Source: an uncultured Bacilli bacterium (GTDB taxonomy: Bacteria; Bacillota_I; Bacilli_A; RF39; UBA660). Taken from it: a stretch of 32,540 nt of DNA. Positions 16,085-25,054 of the stretch are shown here, in pieces (the first letter of the stretch is position 1; each line of letters begins with the position of its first letter). The stretch is from assembly GCA_944359735.1 (NCBI GenBank), contig CALVTA010000002.1:1-32540 (forward strand), written 5' to 3'. The position numbers were made by a program, and so were the translations under genes. The notes under the pieces are model-generated. The model saw only the letters and a program-made list of their open reading frames with translations, was not told where the DNA came from and did no database searches.

Positions 16085-17126
16085 TATTATTGATCTCCTC
16101 TCTATCAAAATTTTTAATTTCTCGTAAATCCGTATTATAAAATACTCGTAAATCACTAATATCATATTTTAACATAGCCATACGTTCTGCTCCAAATCCA
16201 AAAGCAAAACCAGACCAAATATCTGGATCATAACCACTCATACGTAGAACATTAGGATGAACTACACCAGCTCCTGCGATAGTAATCCAACCTGTATGTT
16301 TACAGATACTACATCCATTCCCTTTGCAATTAAAACAACTAATATCTACTTCTACTGATGGTTCTGTAAACTGATAATAACTTGGACGAAAACGGGTTTC
16401 TACATCATTACCAAATAACTTCTTAACAACAACATCAATAGTACCTTTTAAATCTGACAAAGAAATATTTTTATCAACTAGCAATCCCTCTATTTGCATA
16501 AATTGATGTGAATGTGTAGCATCATCATCATCTCTTCTATAAGTTTTTCCAGGGCAAATTACTCTAACAGGTTTTTCCCCTTTTGCCTTTAACATACTAC
16601 GAACTTGTACTGGAGATGTTTGACTCCTAAGCAATACTTCTTCACCTTCAATATAAAAAGTATCTTGAGCATCTCTTGCAGGATGACCTTTAGGAATATT
16701 TAGCATTTCGAAATTATATTTATCTTCTTCCACCTCAGGTCCATCAACTACATCATAACCCATAGACATAAAGATTTCTTCTACTTCTTCTATTAGTTTC
16801 TCTAATATATGAGGAGCGCCAACTTCTATTTTTGTACTAGGTAAACTAATATCGATATATTCCTTCTCTAGTTTTTTATTTAACTCAATATCTTCGAAAT
16901 TATTCCTCATCTTATCATAATTTTCATTAAAATAATTCTTTAAGGAATTAACCTTCATACCAAACTCTTTTTTCTTATCATTAGGAACATCTTTAATCTT
17001 ACTATTTAACTCAGTAATAATCCCTTTTCTACCTAAATATCTAATATGTAATTCATTTAACTCTTTCAAATTCTTAACATCATTTATTTCTTTTTCTAAT
17101 CTTTCTTTAATATCTTCTATTCTCAT
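16077..17126 (-). CDS. pheS: Phenylalanine--tRNA ligase alpha subunit
   Basis: Class II motifs are present: HPARDAQDTFY, FRPSYYQFTEPSVEVD and GFAFGFGAERMAMLKY. I placed the start at MRIEDIKERL (ATG 17126), with the RBS AAGGAG 8 nt upstream. Confidence 0.95.
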   Translation of the reverse strand: MRIEDIKERLEKEINDVKNLKELNELHIRYLGRKGIITELNSKIKDVPNDKKKEFGMKVNSLKNYFNENYDKMRNNFEDIELNKKLEKEYIDISLPSTKIEVGAPHILEKLIEEVEEIFMSMGYDVVDGPEVEEDKYNFEMLNIPKGHPARDAQDTFYIEGEEVLLRSQTSPVQVRSMLKAKGEKPVRVICPGKTYRRDDDDATHSHQFMQIEGLLVDKNISLSDLKGTIDVVVKKLFGNDVETRFRPSYYQFTEPSVEVDISCFNCKGNGCSICKHTGWITIAGAGVVHPNVLRMSGYDPDIWSGFAFGFGAERMAMLKYDISDLRVFYNTDLREIKNFDREEINNND

Positions 17127-17175
17127 ATCATAAATCTCCTTTATCTTTTTAATATAGTTATTTATTAAAAAATAA

Positions 17176-17562
17176 TCAATATGCATTTTTTAATGACGAT
17201 AGGATCTTCACTTTTCTACCACTAACACACTCCTCAGCTTTATCATAGTAATTAGTTTGGAACCCTTTAACTCTAGCCTCAGTATATAACAAATAATTAT
17301 TACTTATAAAAATAATATCAGCAGGATAAATATATTTTTCTATATTTAACTCACCTTCTTTATTATTTGATCTTCTTATTTTAAGAAAAAAAGATTCTAT
17401 ATTATAAAAATCAAAAAAATTATCTTCTGAAAACAATTCTTTATCTTTTATTTCCCTAATCTAATTTTCTTTATCTCGCCCACGCAAATTCTCTAAAAGC
17501 TCCTTACCTAATTCCACATTATCTAATAAAACCTCATCTTAAAAAACAAATCTCTTACTCAT
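17176..17562 (-). pseudogene. Disrupted ORF (128 sense-equivalent codons, two in-frame stops) between the T-box and pheS
   Basis: The RBS GGAGGA lies 5 nt before the ATG at 17562. A single frame reads MSKRFVF-TAA(17541-17539)-DEVLLDNVELGKELLENLRGRDKEN-TAG(17463-17461)-IREIKDKELFSEDNFF...SSLKNAY-TGA. The last 86 codons correspond to the ORF-track entry 17176-17436, which is called from a TTG. No frameshift is needed to join the pieces. Confidence 0.5.
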
Positions 17563-17673
17563 AAACATCCTCCTAATCAGCAATAAATATTCTTATTTTA
17601 CTATAGAAGATAGGAAACAAAAACAAGCTTACTTCTTTCAAGTTGTTACCTTAAAACTTTCCCATTTCTACAT

Positions 17674-17897
17674 AAAAAATAACTATAACTTAAGGGAGTC
17701 TACAATGAGTATACTCGGTACCACCTTAATTTATAGTTATTTAACTATTCTCATTATCTTAACGCGAAAACAACGCCTATAATTTTATTATAGGAACTCC
17801 TAAGATGAATTCATAAACTATTCTTATCTATTTCCACCTACCATAGACTCTCTTTAAAGAAATCATTTACTACTACTTCTTAATCACAGCCATTTCA
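17674..17897 (-). promoter_or_regulatory. T-box leader (tRNA-Phe specifier UUC) with intrinsic terminator
   Basis: The minus strand carries an AGAGA bay and a GGUGGAAA distal-loop-like element. The specifier-loop context is GAA-UUC-A (codon at 17809-17807). The conserved T-box AAUUAAGGUGGUACCGAG is the complement of 17714-17731. A terminator follows (AAUAACUAUAAAUUAAGG ... CCCUUAAGUUAUAGUUAU plus U6 at 17679-17674), and its 5' arm overlaps the T-box. Confidence 0.85.
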
Positions 17898-17903
17898 TGA
17901 ATC

Positions 17904-17933
17904 ACTATATCATATTTGAAAGTTAATTGTAAA
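17904..17933 (-). promoter_or_regulatory. Sigma-A-type promoter of the T-box leader
   Basis: On the minus strand the -35 is TTTACA (17933-17928), the spacer is 18 nt, and there is an extended -10, TGaTATAGT (-10 hexamer at 17909-17904). Confidence 0.5.
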
Positions 17934-17942
17934 TAGAAAATA

Positions 17943-18044
17943 CTATTTTTTATTAAGTGAATACTTCTTTTCTAAATCTAAAACTCTATATATTCTATCT
18001 TTCATTATTTTTAAAGAATAATTAAATTTTTCTTTAGTAATCAT
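17943..18044 (-). CDS. Possible 33-aa small ORF with its own promoter-like signals
   Basis: Promoter-like TTAGAC-17-TAATAT is followed by the RBS AGAGAGG 8 nt before the ATG at 18044. The translation is MITKEKFNYSLKIMKDRIYRVLDLEKKYSLNKK. I recognise no homology. Confidence 0.2.
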   Translation of the reverse strand: MITKEKFNYSLKIMKDRIYRVLDLEKKYSLNKK

Positions 18045-18103
18045 CAACAATTCCTCTCTTTCTAACAAAGCATATTAATTATATACTAAAGTCAGTCTAA
18101 AGT

Positions 18104-18131
18104 AAAAAAATAAGTAGTGCTAAACACTACT
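18104..18131 (-). terminator. Rho-independent terminator of frr
   Basis: The minus strand reads AGTAGTG-TTTAG-CACTACT followed by a T7 run. The hairpin overlaps the frr stop codon. Confidence 0.65.
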
Positions 18132-18675
18132 ATACAGTCATTAATTCTTTTTCTTTATCTTTGTAGATATTATCTATATCTTTATTATAGTCATTAACTA
18201 AATCCTGAACATCCTTCATCATACCTTTTTCTTCATCTTCAGGAAGTTCCATCCTCTCTATCTTTTCATTAGCTTCATGTCTAATATTTCTAATAGATAC
18301 TTTAGCTTCCTCAGCCATCGCTTTAACTTGCTTAGCAAGTTCACGTCGTCTTTCTTCTGTTAAAGCTGGAATAACTATTCTAATAGTCTCACCATCATTA
18401 GATGGATTATATCCAAGATTGGCTAAATTTATTGATTTCTCAATAGCACTCAAACAACTTTTATCAAACGGTTTGATTAAAAGTTGTGTAGCTTCAGGAA
18501 CTGATATAGTAGCAAGACTCTTTAAAGGAGTCATAGAACCATAATAATCAACCATAACCCCATCTAAACTAGATGGATTTGCTCTTCCTGCTCTAACTGT
18601 AGTAAAACGTTTATTTAAACTAGCAATAGCGCCTTTCATTTTTTCCTCTACTTGATTTATAAATTCACTATCCAT
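18130..18675 (-). CDS. frr: Ribosome recycling factor
   Basis: It has the typical RRF sequence: VRAGRANPSSLDGVMVDYYGSMTPLKSLATISVPEA, IKPFDKS, NLGYNPSNDG, IRIVIPALTEERRRELAKQVK. Confidence 0.95.
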   Translation of the reverse strand: MDSEFINQVEEKMKGAIASLNKRFTTVRAGRANPSSLDGVMVDYYGSMTPLKSLATISVPEATQLLIKPFDKSCLSAIEKSINLANLGYNPSNDGETIRIVIPALTEERRRELAKQVKAMAEEAKVSIRNIRHEANEKIERMELPEDEEKGMMKDVQDLVNDYNKDIDNIYKDKEKELMTV

Positions 18676-18744
18676 TAATATCTCTCCTCTATTAAATTTT
18701 ACTATAAAGATAAGAAAATAGCAATTATTTTTATCAAATACGAT

Positions 18745-19749
18745 TTAAATTAAACTACTTCTAATATGAGTAGTAACTTTAGAATCTAAATATATATCAA
18801 CAGTACCTTTATTAACGATCTTAACAAAACCTAAACCATTAATACATAAATCTTCATCATAACCTATCTCATATGTTCTTTTCTGTAATTTTTTTAAAGT
18901 ATCATGTTTACTTGAAATTCTTCTTACCTTTAAATCATTAGACACAAAGAAAGTAAAACTATTTCTTTCTCCCTCAACATAATCTATACGTAAAAACTTA
19001 TCAACTACAACACTTTGTCCTTTTCTAAGCTGAAAAGTTTTAGGTTTTATCTCTTTCTTAGGACTAACTCTTTTAAAATCAGCAGCACCTATATAATTAA
19101 CTATACTACCGCTATCTACAAGACCAGGAGTATCTATTAAAGTTAAATACTCATTTATTTCTATTTCAACAGTATTTAAAGTTGTAGATGGAAGAGGTGA
19201 GATAGTTAATTCTCTCGTATTAGAAGAATAATTTCTTAATAATTTATTTATTAGAGTACTCTTTCCTGCATTAGTATGGCCTACAACATAAACATTATTA
19301 GTAGTCTGATACAACTTTATCTGTTTTAACAAATAATCAATATTATAACTTTTCTCACCACTTATAACAATAATTTTTGAAAAAGGATTATTAACATCTT
19401 TAAAATAGTTTACTAATTTTTCATCATTAACAGATTTAGGTAAAACATCTCTTTTATTTAAAACCAAAATCATTTTATTTGGAATAATTTCTCTAATTTT
19501 ACTAATATCTTTTTCTAAGTTAAGCAAATCTACTATATATAAAACTAAATCCTTAGTTTCACCTACACTTTTAAGAATCTCTATATATTCCTCATTACTC
19601 TTAGTAACGACTTGATATTCTCCATAATTTTTAATTCTAAAACATCTCTGGCACAAATTTTTATCTAAACTAGTAGTATAACCATCTCCTAAGATATTAT
19701 CATCCTGCAGTTTAACTCCACATCCCTCACAATATTTATCGTTTGTCAT
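18745..19749 (-). CDS. yqeH: Ribosome biogenesis GTPase YqeH (circularly permuted)
   Basis: There is an N-terminal Cys4 (CEGCG...CQRCF). The G motifs are in permuted order: NKRD (G4), SGEK (G5), GHTNAGKSTLIN (G1), DTPG (G3). Confidence 0.88.
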   Translation of the reverse strand: MTNDKYCEGCGVKLQDDNILGDGYTTSLDKNLCQRCFRIKNYGEYQVVTKSNEEYIEILKSVGETKDLVLYIVDLLNLEKDISKIREIIPNKMILVLNKRDVLPKSVNDEKLVNYFKDVNNPFSKIIVISGEKSYNIDYLLKQIKLYQTTNNVYVVGHTNAGKSTLINKLLRNYSSNTRELTISPLPSTTLNTVEIEINEYLTLIDTPGLVDSGSIVNYIGAADFKRVSPKKEIKPKTFQLRKGQSVVVDKFLRIDYVEGERNSFTFFVSNDLKVRRISSKHDTLKKLQKRTYEIGYDEDLCINGLGFVKIVNKGTVDIYLDSKVTTHIRSSLI

Positions 19750-20260
19750 AATAAGTTCCTTTCTTAAAAAGATTATTTTTTGTATATTTATTTATAATCT
19801 TTTGTTCTAAATATCTATTAACACTAGTTATCTTTAAATCTTTTTTACTAAGACAGTCCACAAATATTTTCATAATATTACCATTATAACCATACCCCAT
19901 ATCCGTTATAAATTGATCACCTATAATAGCAATTTGATTAGATTCTAAATTATATTTAGACTTTATCTTCTTTAAAGTTCTAACCATAGGTTTTAAAGCA
20001 AATGGATAAGCATCTACTTCTAAATCCATACTAAAGCTTAATACTCTTTTTTTAGGGCTATTAGAAACAATAATAACCAAAAAATCCTTTTTTAAATTAC
20101 TAACCAATTCTTTCACTTTTAAATCTACTTTATCACTATCTATAGGAGCCAAAGTATTATCCAAATCAAAAATTAAACATTTAATATTATCTTCTTTTAA
20201 TTTTCTATAATTAATATCAAAGATACTCTTTTTATATATATCAGGCAAATATTTTGTCAT
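19736..20260 (-). CDS. yqeG: YqeG-family HAD-IIIA phosphatase
   Basis: Motifs are LIFDLDNTL, IVSNSPKKRV, ALKP, GDQFITDM and the C-terminal TSVNRYLEQ. I placed the start at MTKYLPD (ATG 20260), with the RBS GAGGTG 4 nt upstream. Confidence 0.85.
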   Translation of the reverse strand: MTKYLPDIYKKSIFDINYRKLKEDNIKCLIFDLDNTLAPIDSDKVDLKVKELVSNLKKDFLVIIVSNSPKKRVLSFSMDLEVDAYPFALKPMVRTLKKIKSKYNLESNQIAIIGDQFITDMGYGYNGNIMKIFVDCLSKKDLKITSVNRYLEQKIINKYTKNNLFKKGTYYDKR

Positions 20261-20305
20261 AAAACACCTCACTATATTTAGTATATACTATTTCTACATA
20301 TAATT

Positions 20306-21715
20306 CTAGTTATTTAACTTCTGTCCTATAGGCATTATCTCAGCAGTTAAAACATCAAACCTATATCCATTACTACTAGCATAATCAATAATAGAACTTA
20401 ACGATTCCATAGTAACAACCTTAGTATCATGCATTAAAATAACATTGTATTTATCATGAGACAAGCTATTAATAACATTATTATACAATTTCATTTTATC
20501 TTTAGCAAAAGAAGCATCTCCACTATCTACATTCCAATCATAATACTGATAACCTTTATTTAACACCTCTTTTACTAAAATGCTCATAATACCTTCACTA
20601 TATTTTTTAGAAATGGTATTACTAGAGCCACCAGGAAATCTAATTAAATTAGTATCAATTCCTGTTAAATTGTATATTCTTTTTCTAACTATTTCTAAAT
20701 CATTAAAATAATTATCAACTGATGAATAAATAACATCATATCTATGACTTGCAGTATGAATACCTATAGAATGTCCTTCAGATACAATTCTTTTAATCAA
20801 ATCATCTGATCCATTATTAGTAACAAAAAAAGTCGCTTTTACCTCTTTTTCTTTTAAGACATCTAATATTTTATCAGTAACACCATCTCTTGGGCCATCG
20901 TCAAAAGTAAGATAAATAGTATTAGGCTCCAGATTTTTTCTCACTTTAATATTTCTTGTAATTGAAGCTTTATTATTTCCACTATCTTTTACTTTATAAG
21001 TAATCTTATAATCACCTATTTTAGTATTATCTATATTACTAATAGTTTTTAAACTTTTTTCTATATTATTATCACAATTATCAAAAACACTAACTCCATC
21101 TTCTTCATAATTACCATTAAGAGGAATAAAAATAGTACTATCACCATTAAGAACCATTGTAGGATTTTCTTGATCTTTAGCAACTATTTTTCTGATTACA
21201 GTACTCTTATTATTAGAACTATCTTTTATTTCATAGACAATTTTATCTCTATTTTTAAAAACTTTAACCAACTCAGTTATATCCCCATCAACATTATCAT
21301 AAGCAATATAACCTAACTCTTCGTATTCCTTATTAGGACAATAATACTCTTTTTTATTCCCTTTCAAAGTTATTACAGGCGCCTCTAGATCTTCAACTCT
21401 AACCTTTCTTTGTAAATAATACTTAAAAAAACTATCTTTATAAATATATTCTACTTTGTATGTCCCTAATCTTGAAGTATCAACATTATCTATAGCTTTA
21501 ACATTTTTTAATTCTTTAAACGAATCAATCTTAATACCTTGATCTTGATATTTTGAATTTACATTAACTGTAATAACTCCATTACCAGTTAAATGTACTT
21601 TAGGAACAATCAAAAAAAGAAAAAATACAAAGAAAAAAACTATACTAAAAACAACATTTATAAAAACAGTACCTTTAGAAATTCTTCTTCCTTTAACTTT
21701 TCTTTTAATCTTCAT
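20306..21715 (-). CDS. Membrane-anchored polysaccharide deacetylase (NodB domain) with two Ig-like repeats
   Basis: There is an N-terminal TM segment. Two repeats carry D(L/Q)E(A/N)P...L.G......Y.E.G..A/V.D..DG/N, which is DUF5011/Ig-like. The C-terminal NodB motifs are LTFDDGP, HTASH, IRFPGGS and ILMHD. Confidence 0.85.
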   Translation of the reverse strand: MKIKRKVKGRRISKGTVFINVVFSIVFFFVFFLFLIVPKVHLTGNGVITVNVNSKYQDQGIKIDSFKELKNVKAIDNVDTSRLGTYKVEYIYKDSFFKYYLQRKVRVEDLEAPVITLKGNKKEYYCPNKEYEELGYIAYDNVDGDITELVKVFKNRDKIVYEIKDSSNNKSTVIRKIVAKDQENPTMVLNGDSTIFIPLNGNYEEDGVSVFDNCDNNIEKSLKTISNIDNTKIGDYKITYKVKDSGNNKASITRNIKVRKNLEPNTIYLTFDDGPRDGVTDKILDVLKEKEVKATFFVTNNGSDDLIKRIVSEGHSIGIHTASHRYDVIYSSVDNYFNDLEIVRKRIYNLTGIDTNLIRFPGGSSNTISKKYSEGIMSILVKEVLNKGYQYYDWNVDSGDASFAKDKMKLYNNVINSLSHDKYNVILMHDTKVVTMESLSSIIDYASSNGYRFDVLTAEIMPIGQKLNN

Positions 21716-21775
21716 AAATTCACTTCCAATACTAGTATAACAAGTTCTACAATAATTAACAACACACTAATATTA

Positions 21776-22486
21776 TTAGCTAAAGTCTATGTCATTATAC
21801 TTATTATGTTTAATAAACTCTCTTAATATTTTAGTCAAAGCTCTTTTTTCAATACGAGAAACATAACTTCTAGAAATATTAAGTTTATCCGCTATCATTT
21901 TCTGAGTCCATTCATCATTACCATCTAACCCATATCTTTTAACTATTATTTCTTTTTCTCTTTTATTTAAAACCTTAATATAATCATTAAGTAATTTAAC
22001 ATTATCTTTCAAATTAATCTCTTCTATAAAATCAGGACGCGGAGCTTTAATAACATCTAATATTGATATTTCATTTCCTTCTTTATCAAAACCTACTGGT
22101 TCATTTAAAGATATATTTTTATTATTCTTATTATTAGCACGAAAATACATTAAAATTTCATTTTGAATACATTTAGCACAATATGTAGTAAGACGATTCC
22201 CCTTATTAGGAACAAAAGTATCAACTCCTTTAATAAGGCCAATTGTCCCAACACTAATAAGATCATCTTGATCGATATTTTTATAATCAAATTTCTTAAC
22301 AATATGAGCGACTAATCTAAGATTATGTTCTATTAATTTATTACGACTATTAACATCTCCTTTCCCCATTTTATTAATACATTCTTCTTCCTCTTCTTTT
22401 GATAGTGGTTCTTTAAAGACTTGATTAGAATAACTTGCTGTAAAAGTAAAGAAGCCTCTTAGACTATCAAATAAATTAAACAACAT
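21776..22486 (-). CDS. sigK: Sporulation sigma factor sigma-K (pro-sigma-K), uninterrupted
   Basis: The sequence is collinear with B. subtilis SigK: F(K/P)EPLSKEEE, GD..SRNKLIEHNLRLVAHIVKKF, LISVGTIGLIKG, TYCAKCIQNEILMYFR, FDKEGNEISILDV, ISRSYVSRIEKRAL. I placed the start at MLFNLF (ATG 22486), with the RBS AGGTGA 5 nt upstream. Confidence 0.9.
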   Translation of the reverse strand: MLFNLFDSLRGFFTFTASYSNQVFKEPLSKEEEEECINKMGKGDVNSRNKLIEHNLRLVAHIVKKFDYKNIDQDDLISVGTIGLIKGVDTFVPNKGNRLTTYCAKCIQNEILMYFRANNKNNKNISLNEPVGFDKEGNEISILDVIKAPRPDFIEEINLKDNVKLLNDYIKVLNKREKEIIVKRYGLDGNDEWTQKMIADKLNISRSYVSRIEKRALTKILREFIKHNKYNDIDFS

Positions 22487-22512
22487 TTTTATCACCTAAT
22501 AAATAATATGTC

Positions 22513-22538
22513 AAAAAAAAGGAGTTAGAATATCTAAC
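22513..22538 (-). terminator. Hairpin plus T8 terminator immediately upstream of sigK
   Basis: The minus strand reads GTTAGA-TAT-TCTAAC-TCC-TTTTTTTT and ends 26 nt before the sigK ATG. Confidence 0.45.
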
Positions 22539-22652
22539 CCAAATATCACCATAAATTAACAACTATTCTAATTAGTCTTGCCTTACTAGTACTTGTAGTT
22601 AAAATATAAATAGCAACACTCTAATCACAATTGAGAAGAGTGTCCATCAGCA

Positions 22653-22799
22653 TCAAATCTGTACTATAATGCGAAAATTTTTGTTAGATTCATCTTCAGT
22701 GTCTATTATAGTATATCTAAATAAATCCATATTATTTTCAATATAAAAAATATTTGCACCATGAATAATACTAACTATTTTTTCAAGGCTTTTATCCAT
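22653..22799 (-). CDS. Possible 48-aa small ORF downstream of priA
   Basis: The ATG at 22799 is preceded by GGGAGC. The translation is MDKSLEKIVSIIHGANIFYIENNMDLFRYTIIDTEDESNKNFRIIVQI. I recognise no homology. Confidence 0.25.
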   Translation of the reverse strand: MDKSLEKIVSIIHGANIFYIENNMDLFRYTIIDTEDESNKNFRIIVQI

Positions 22800-22826
22800 A
22801 ACAACCAGCTCCCATTATTTTCTATT

Positions 22827-24983
22827 CTACAAATGTATCGGATTAAAATCAACTTCTAAATTGACTTTATTAATTGTTGCATAATAATTAACTAATTTTT
22901 CTAAAACTTCATAAATATTATCTTGATACTGATACTTTAATATTAATTGATAATGATAGATATTTTGCTTTTTAAAAATAGTGGCAGGACTAGGTCCTAA
23001 GATAATAGTTTTATCTAAGTACTTATGACAGACTTTTTCACATTTTTTCGCTTCAACTAATGCTAACTTACTATCTTTACTAGAAATATTTAAGGATACA
23101 AGATAATAGTAAGGAGGATATTTCATTAACTTTCTTACTTTCATTTCTTCCTTATAAAAAGACTTGTAATCATTTTCTTTAGCATACCTAATTGCATAGT
23201 TATCAGAATTAAAAGTTTGAAATATGACTTTACCAGACTTAGATGCTCTCCCTGCTCTTCCTGCTACTTGACTAAGCAAATCAAAAGTCTTCTCACTACT
23301 TCTAAAGTCAGGAAGCATTAAAGAGGTATCAGCATTAATTACTCCTACCAATGTAACGTTAGGAAAATCTAAACCTTTAGCAACCATCTGTGTACCTAAC
23401 AAAATATTTGCTTTTCCTTTAGAAAAATCATCTATCATTCTTTGATGAGCACCCTTTCTACTTGTTGTATCAACATCCATCCTAATTATCTTAGAAACAG
23501 GAAATAAATCTTTCAATTCCTCTTCAATTTTTTCAGTACCAACACCTAAGTCTTTTAATGAATCCTCATGACAATTAGGACAAGTAACTTCATACTTAGT
23601 GGCATAGCCACAATAATGACATCTTAAGATATTACTACTCTTATGATATGTTAAAGTTATATCACAATTAGGACATTTAACAGATTCACCACAATTAGAA
23701 CAAGTAACAAATGAAGAATAACCACGTCTATTTAATAAAAGTATTACCTGTTCACCTTTTTCGATAGTCTTATTAATTTCATCTATTAAAGGAAGTGAGA
23801 AATATCCCTTAGACTTACCTACTTCTTTATTCATATCAATCAACTCTACTTTAGGCAATTCTTTACCATTAACCCGTTTATCTAAAGTAACAAGATTAAA
23901 GACATTTTTTAAGCCTCTAGCATATTCTTCCAACATAGGTGTTGCACTACCTAAAACTACTTTTGCCCCTAAGTCTTCTGCTCTTTTAATTGCTACATCT
24001 TTAGCATTGTATCTAGGGTTATTATCTTGCTTATAAGAATCACTATGACACTCATCTATAATGATAAGGCCAAGATTTTTTAAAGGAGCGAATACAGCAC
24101 TTCTAGCGCCTATTACAATATCAACTTCATCTCTTACAATTTTTCTATATTCATCATATTTCTCTCCCTCTGATAAAGCACTATGCAAAAGAGCTATATT
24201 ATTACCAAATCTTTCTCTAAATCTTTTAATTAACTGAGGTGTTAAAGCTATTTCTGGTACTAAAACTATACTTTTTAACCCCTTAGTCAAACATCTAGCA
24301 ATTAATTCCATATATACTTCTGTCTTTCCACTACCAGTAACTCCATATAATAAAGAAACTATCTTATCAGTATATAATATATTATCTACTACTTTTTCTT
24401 GGTCATTTGTCAAGTGATTAATTTTTCTTTTTAATTTTTCATAACCAAGTCTATACACTTCAACTTCCTCTACTCTTAAAACATTATTCTTAACTAAAGT
24501 ATTAAGTACAGAACTAGAAACATCTTTCAATTCATCTCTACTTAGTTTTTCCTTATTTTTAAATAAATCAACTATCTTTTGTTGTTTAGTAGTAATTTTT
24601 CTATCAATATCATTTAGATAATATAACTTTTTTAATTTCTTAGAAACTTTATTATTACTCTTAACATTTAAACCTTTAGGAAGCATAATCTGATAGCAAC
24701 TAACTAATGAAGCTAATGTTGTTTTATGTAAATACCTACCAAGATCTAACAATTCCTTATTTAAAATAACTTCTTTATCAAGAACCTTAAATATTTCCTT
24801 CAGATTAGAAATATCGCTACTATTTTTAAGTTCCAAAACAAATCCCACCAACGTTCTAGGCCCAAAGGGAACTTCCACTCTTTTACCAACTTTTATATCA
24901 TCTATTAAATGATCAGGAACTACGTAGTCAAAAACACGATCTAAACTCTTATTTGTTATTTCAACTAATACACCTGCAATCAA
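22827..24983 (-). CDS. priA: Primosomal protein N' (replication restart helicase PriA)
   Basis: Motifs are Walker A GVTGSGKTEVY, DExH IIIDECH, and zinc-binding CSNCG..CPNC..CHYCGY..CPNC. The gene starts at TTG with the RBS GGAGGAGG 6 nt upstream. Confidence 0.93.
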   Translation of the reverse strand: MIAGVLVEITNKSLDRVFDYVVPDHLIDDIKVGKRVEVPFGPRTLVGFVLELKNSSDISNLKEIFKVLDKEVILNKELLDLGRYLHKTTLASLVSCYQIMLPKGLNVKSNNKVSKKLKKLYYLNDIDRKITTKQQKIVDLFKNKEKLSRDELKDVSSSVLNTLVKNNVLRVEEVEVYRLGYEKLKRKINHLTNDQEKVVDNILYTDKIVSLLYGVTGSGKTEVYMELIARCLTKGLKSIVLVPEIALTPQLIKRFRERFGNNIALLHSALSEGEKYDEYRKIVRDEVDIVIGARSAVFAPLKNLGLIIIDECHSDSYKQDNNPRYNAKDVAIKRAEDLGAKVVLGSATPMLEEYARGLKNVFNLVTLDKRVNGKELPKVELIDMNKEVGKSKGYFSLPLIDEINKTIEKGEQVILLLNRRGYSSFVTCSNCGESVKCPNCDITLTYHKSSNILRCHYCGYATKYEVTCPNCHEDSLKDLGVGTEKIEEELKDLFPVSKIIRMDVDTTSRKGAHQRMIDDFSKGKANILLGTQMVAKGLDFPNVTLVGVINADTSLMLPDFRSSEKTFDLLSQVAGRAGRASKSGKVIFQTFNSDNYAIRYAKENDYKSFYKEEMKVRKLMKYPPYYYLVSLNISSKDSKLALVEAKKCEKVCHKYLDKTIILGPSPATIFKKQNIYHYQLILKYQYQDNIYEVLEKLVNYYATINKVNLEVDFNPIHL

Positions 24984-25023
24984 GTTGACACCTCCTCCTA
25001 TAAAACTATAGTTCGTAATTAAT

Positions 25024-25054
25024 AAGAAAGAAAAATTAGGCTAAAACCTAATTT
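25024..25054 (-). terminator. Hairpin terminator after the rhomboid gene
   Basis: The minus strand reads AAATTAGG-TTTTAG-CCTAATTT followed by TTCTTTCTT. The hairpin overlaps the stop codon. Confidence 0.4.

Noticed and set aside
16085-16165. ORF-track N-terminal extensions: pheT to 16165, pheS to 17186, S51 to 3928, rhomboid to 26231, spoIIGA to 6807, yqeG to 20272 and sigK to 22495.
   Set aside because: In each case an internal ATG with a properly spaced Shine-Dalgarno sequence coincides with the conserved N-terminus of the family. The extension would overlap the upstream gene or add non-homologous residues.
17176-17562. Stop-codon reassignment or programmed read-through as the explanation for the in-frame TAA/TAG here and the TAA at 26877-26879.
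   Set aside because: All of the roughly 30 well-supported genes in the window end cleanly at TAA, TAG or TGA at the positions expected from homologues. Trp is encoded by TGG. No gene needs read-through to reach normal length. Ordinary pseudogenisation is the more economical explanation.
21593-21826. 77-aa plus-strand ORF.
   Set aside because: It is antisense across the start of the deacetylase gene and the end of sigK, and is a low-complexity Asn/Lys/Ser run.
21776-22495. A skin-like intervening element splitting sigK.
   Set aside because: The ORF is collinear with full-length SigK from the pro-sequence to region 4.2, with no interruption.
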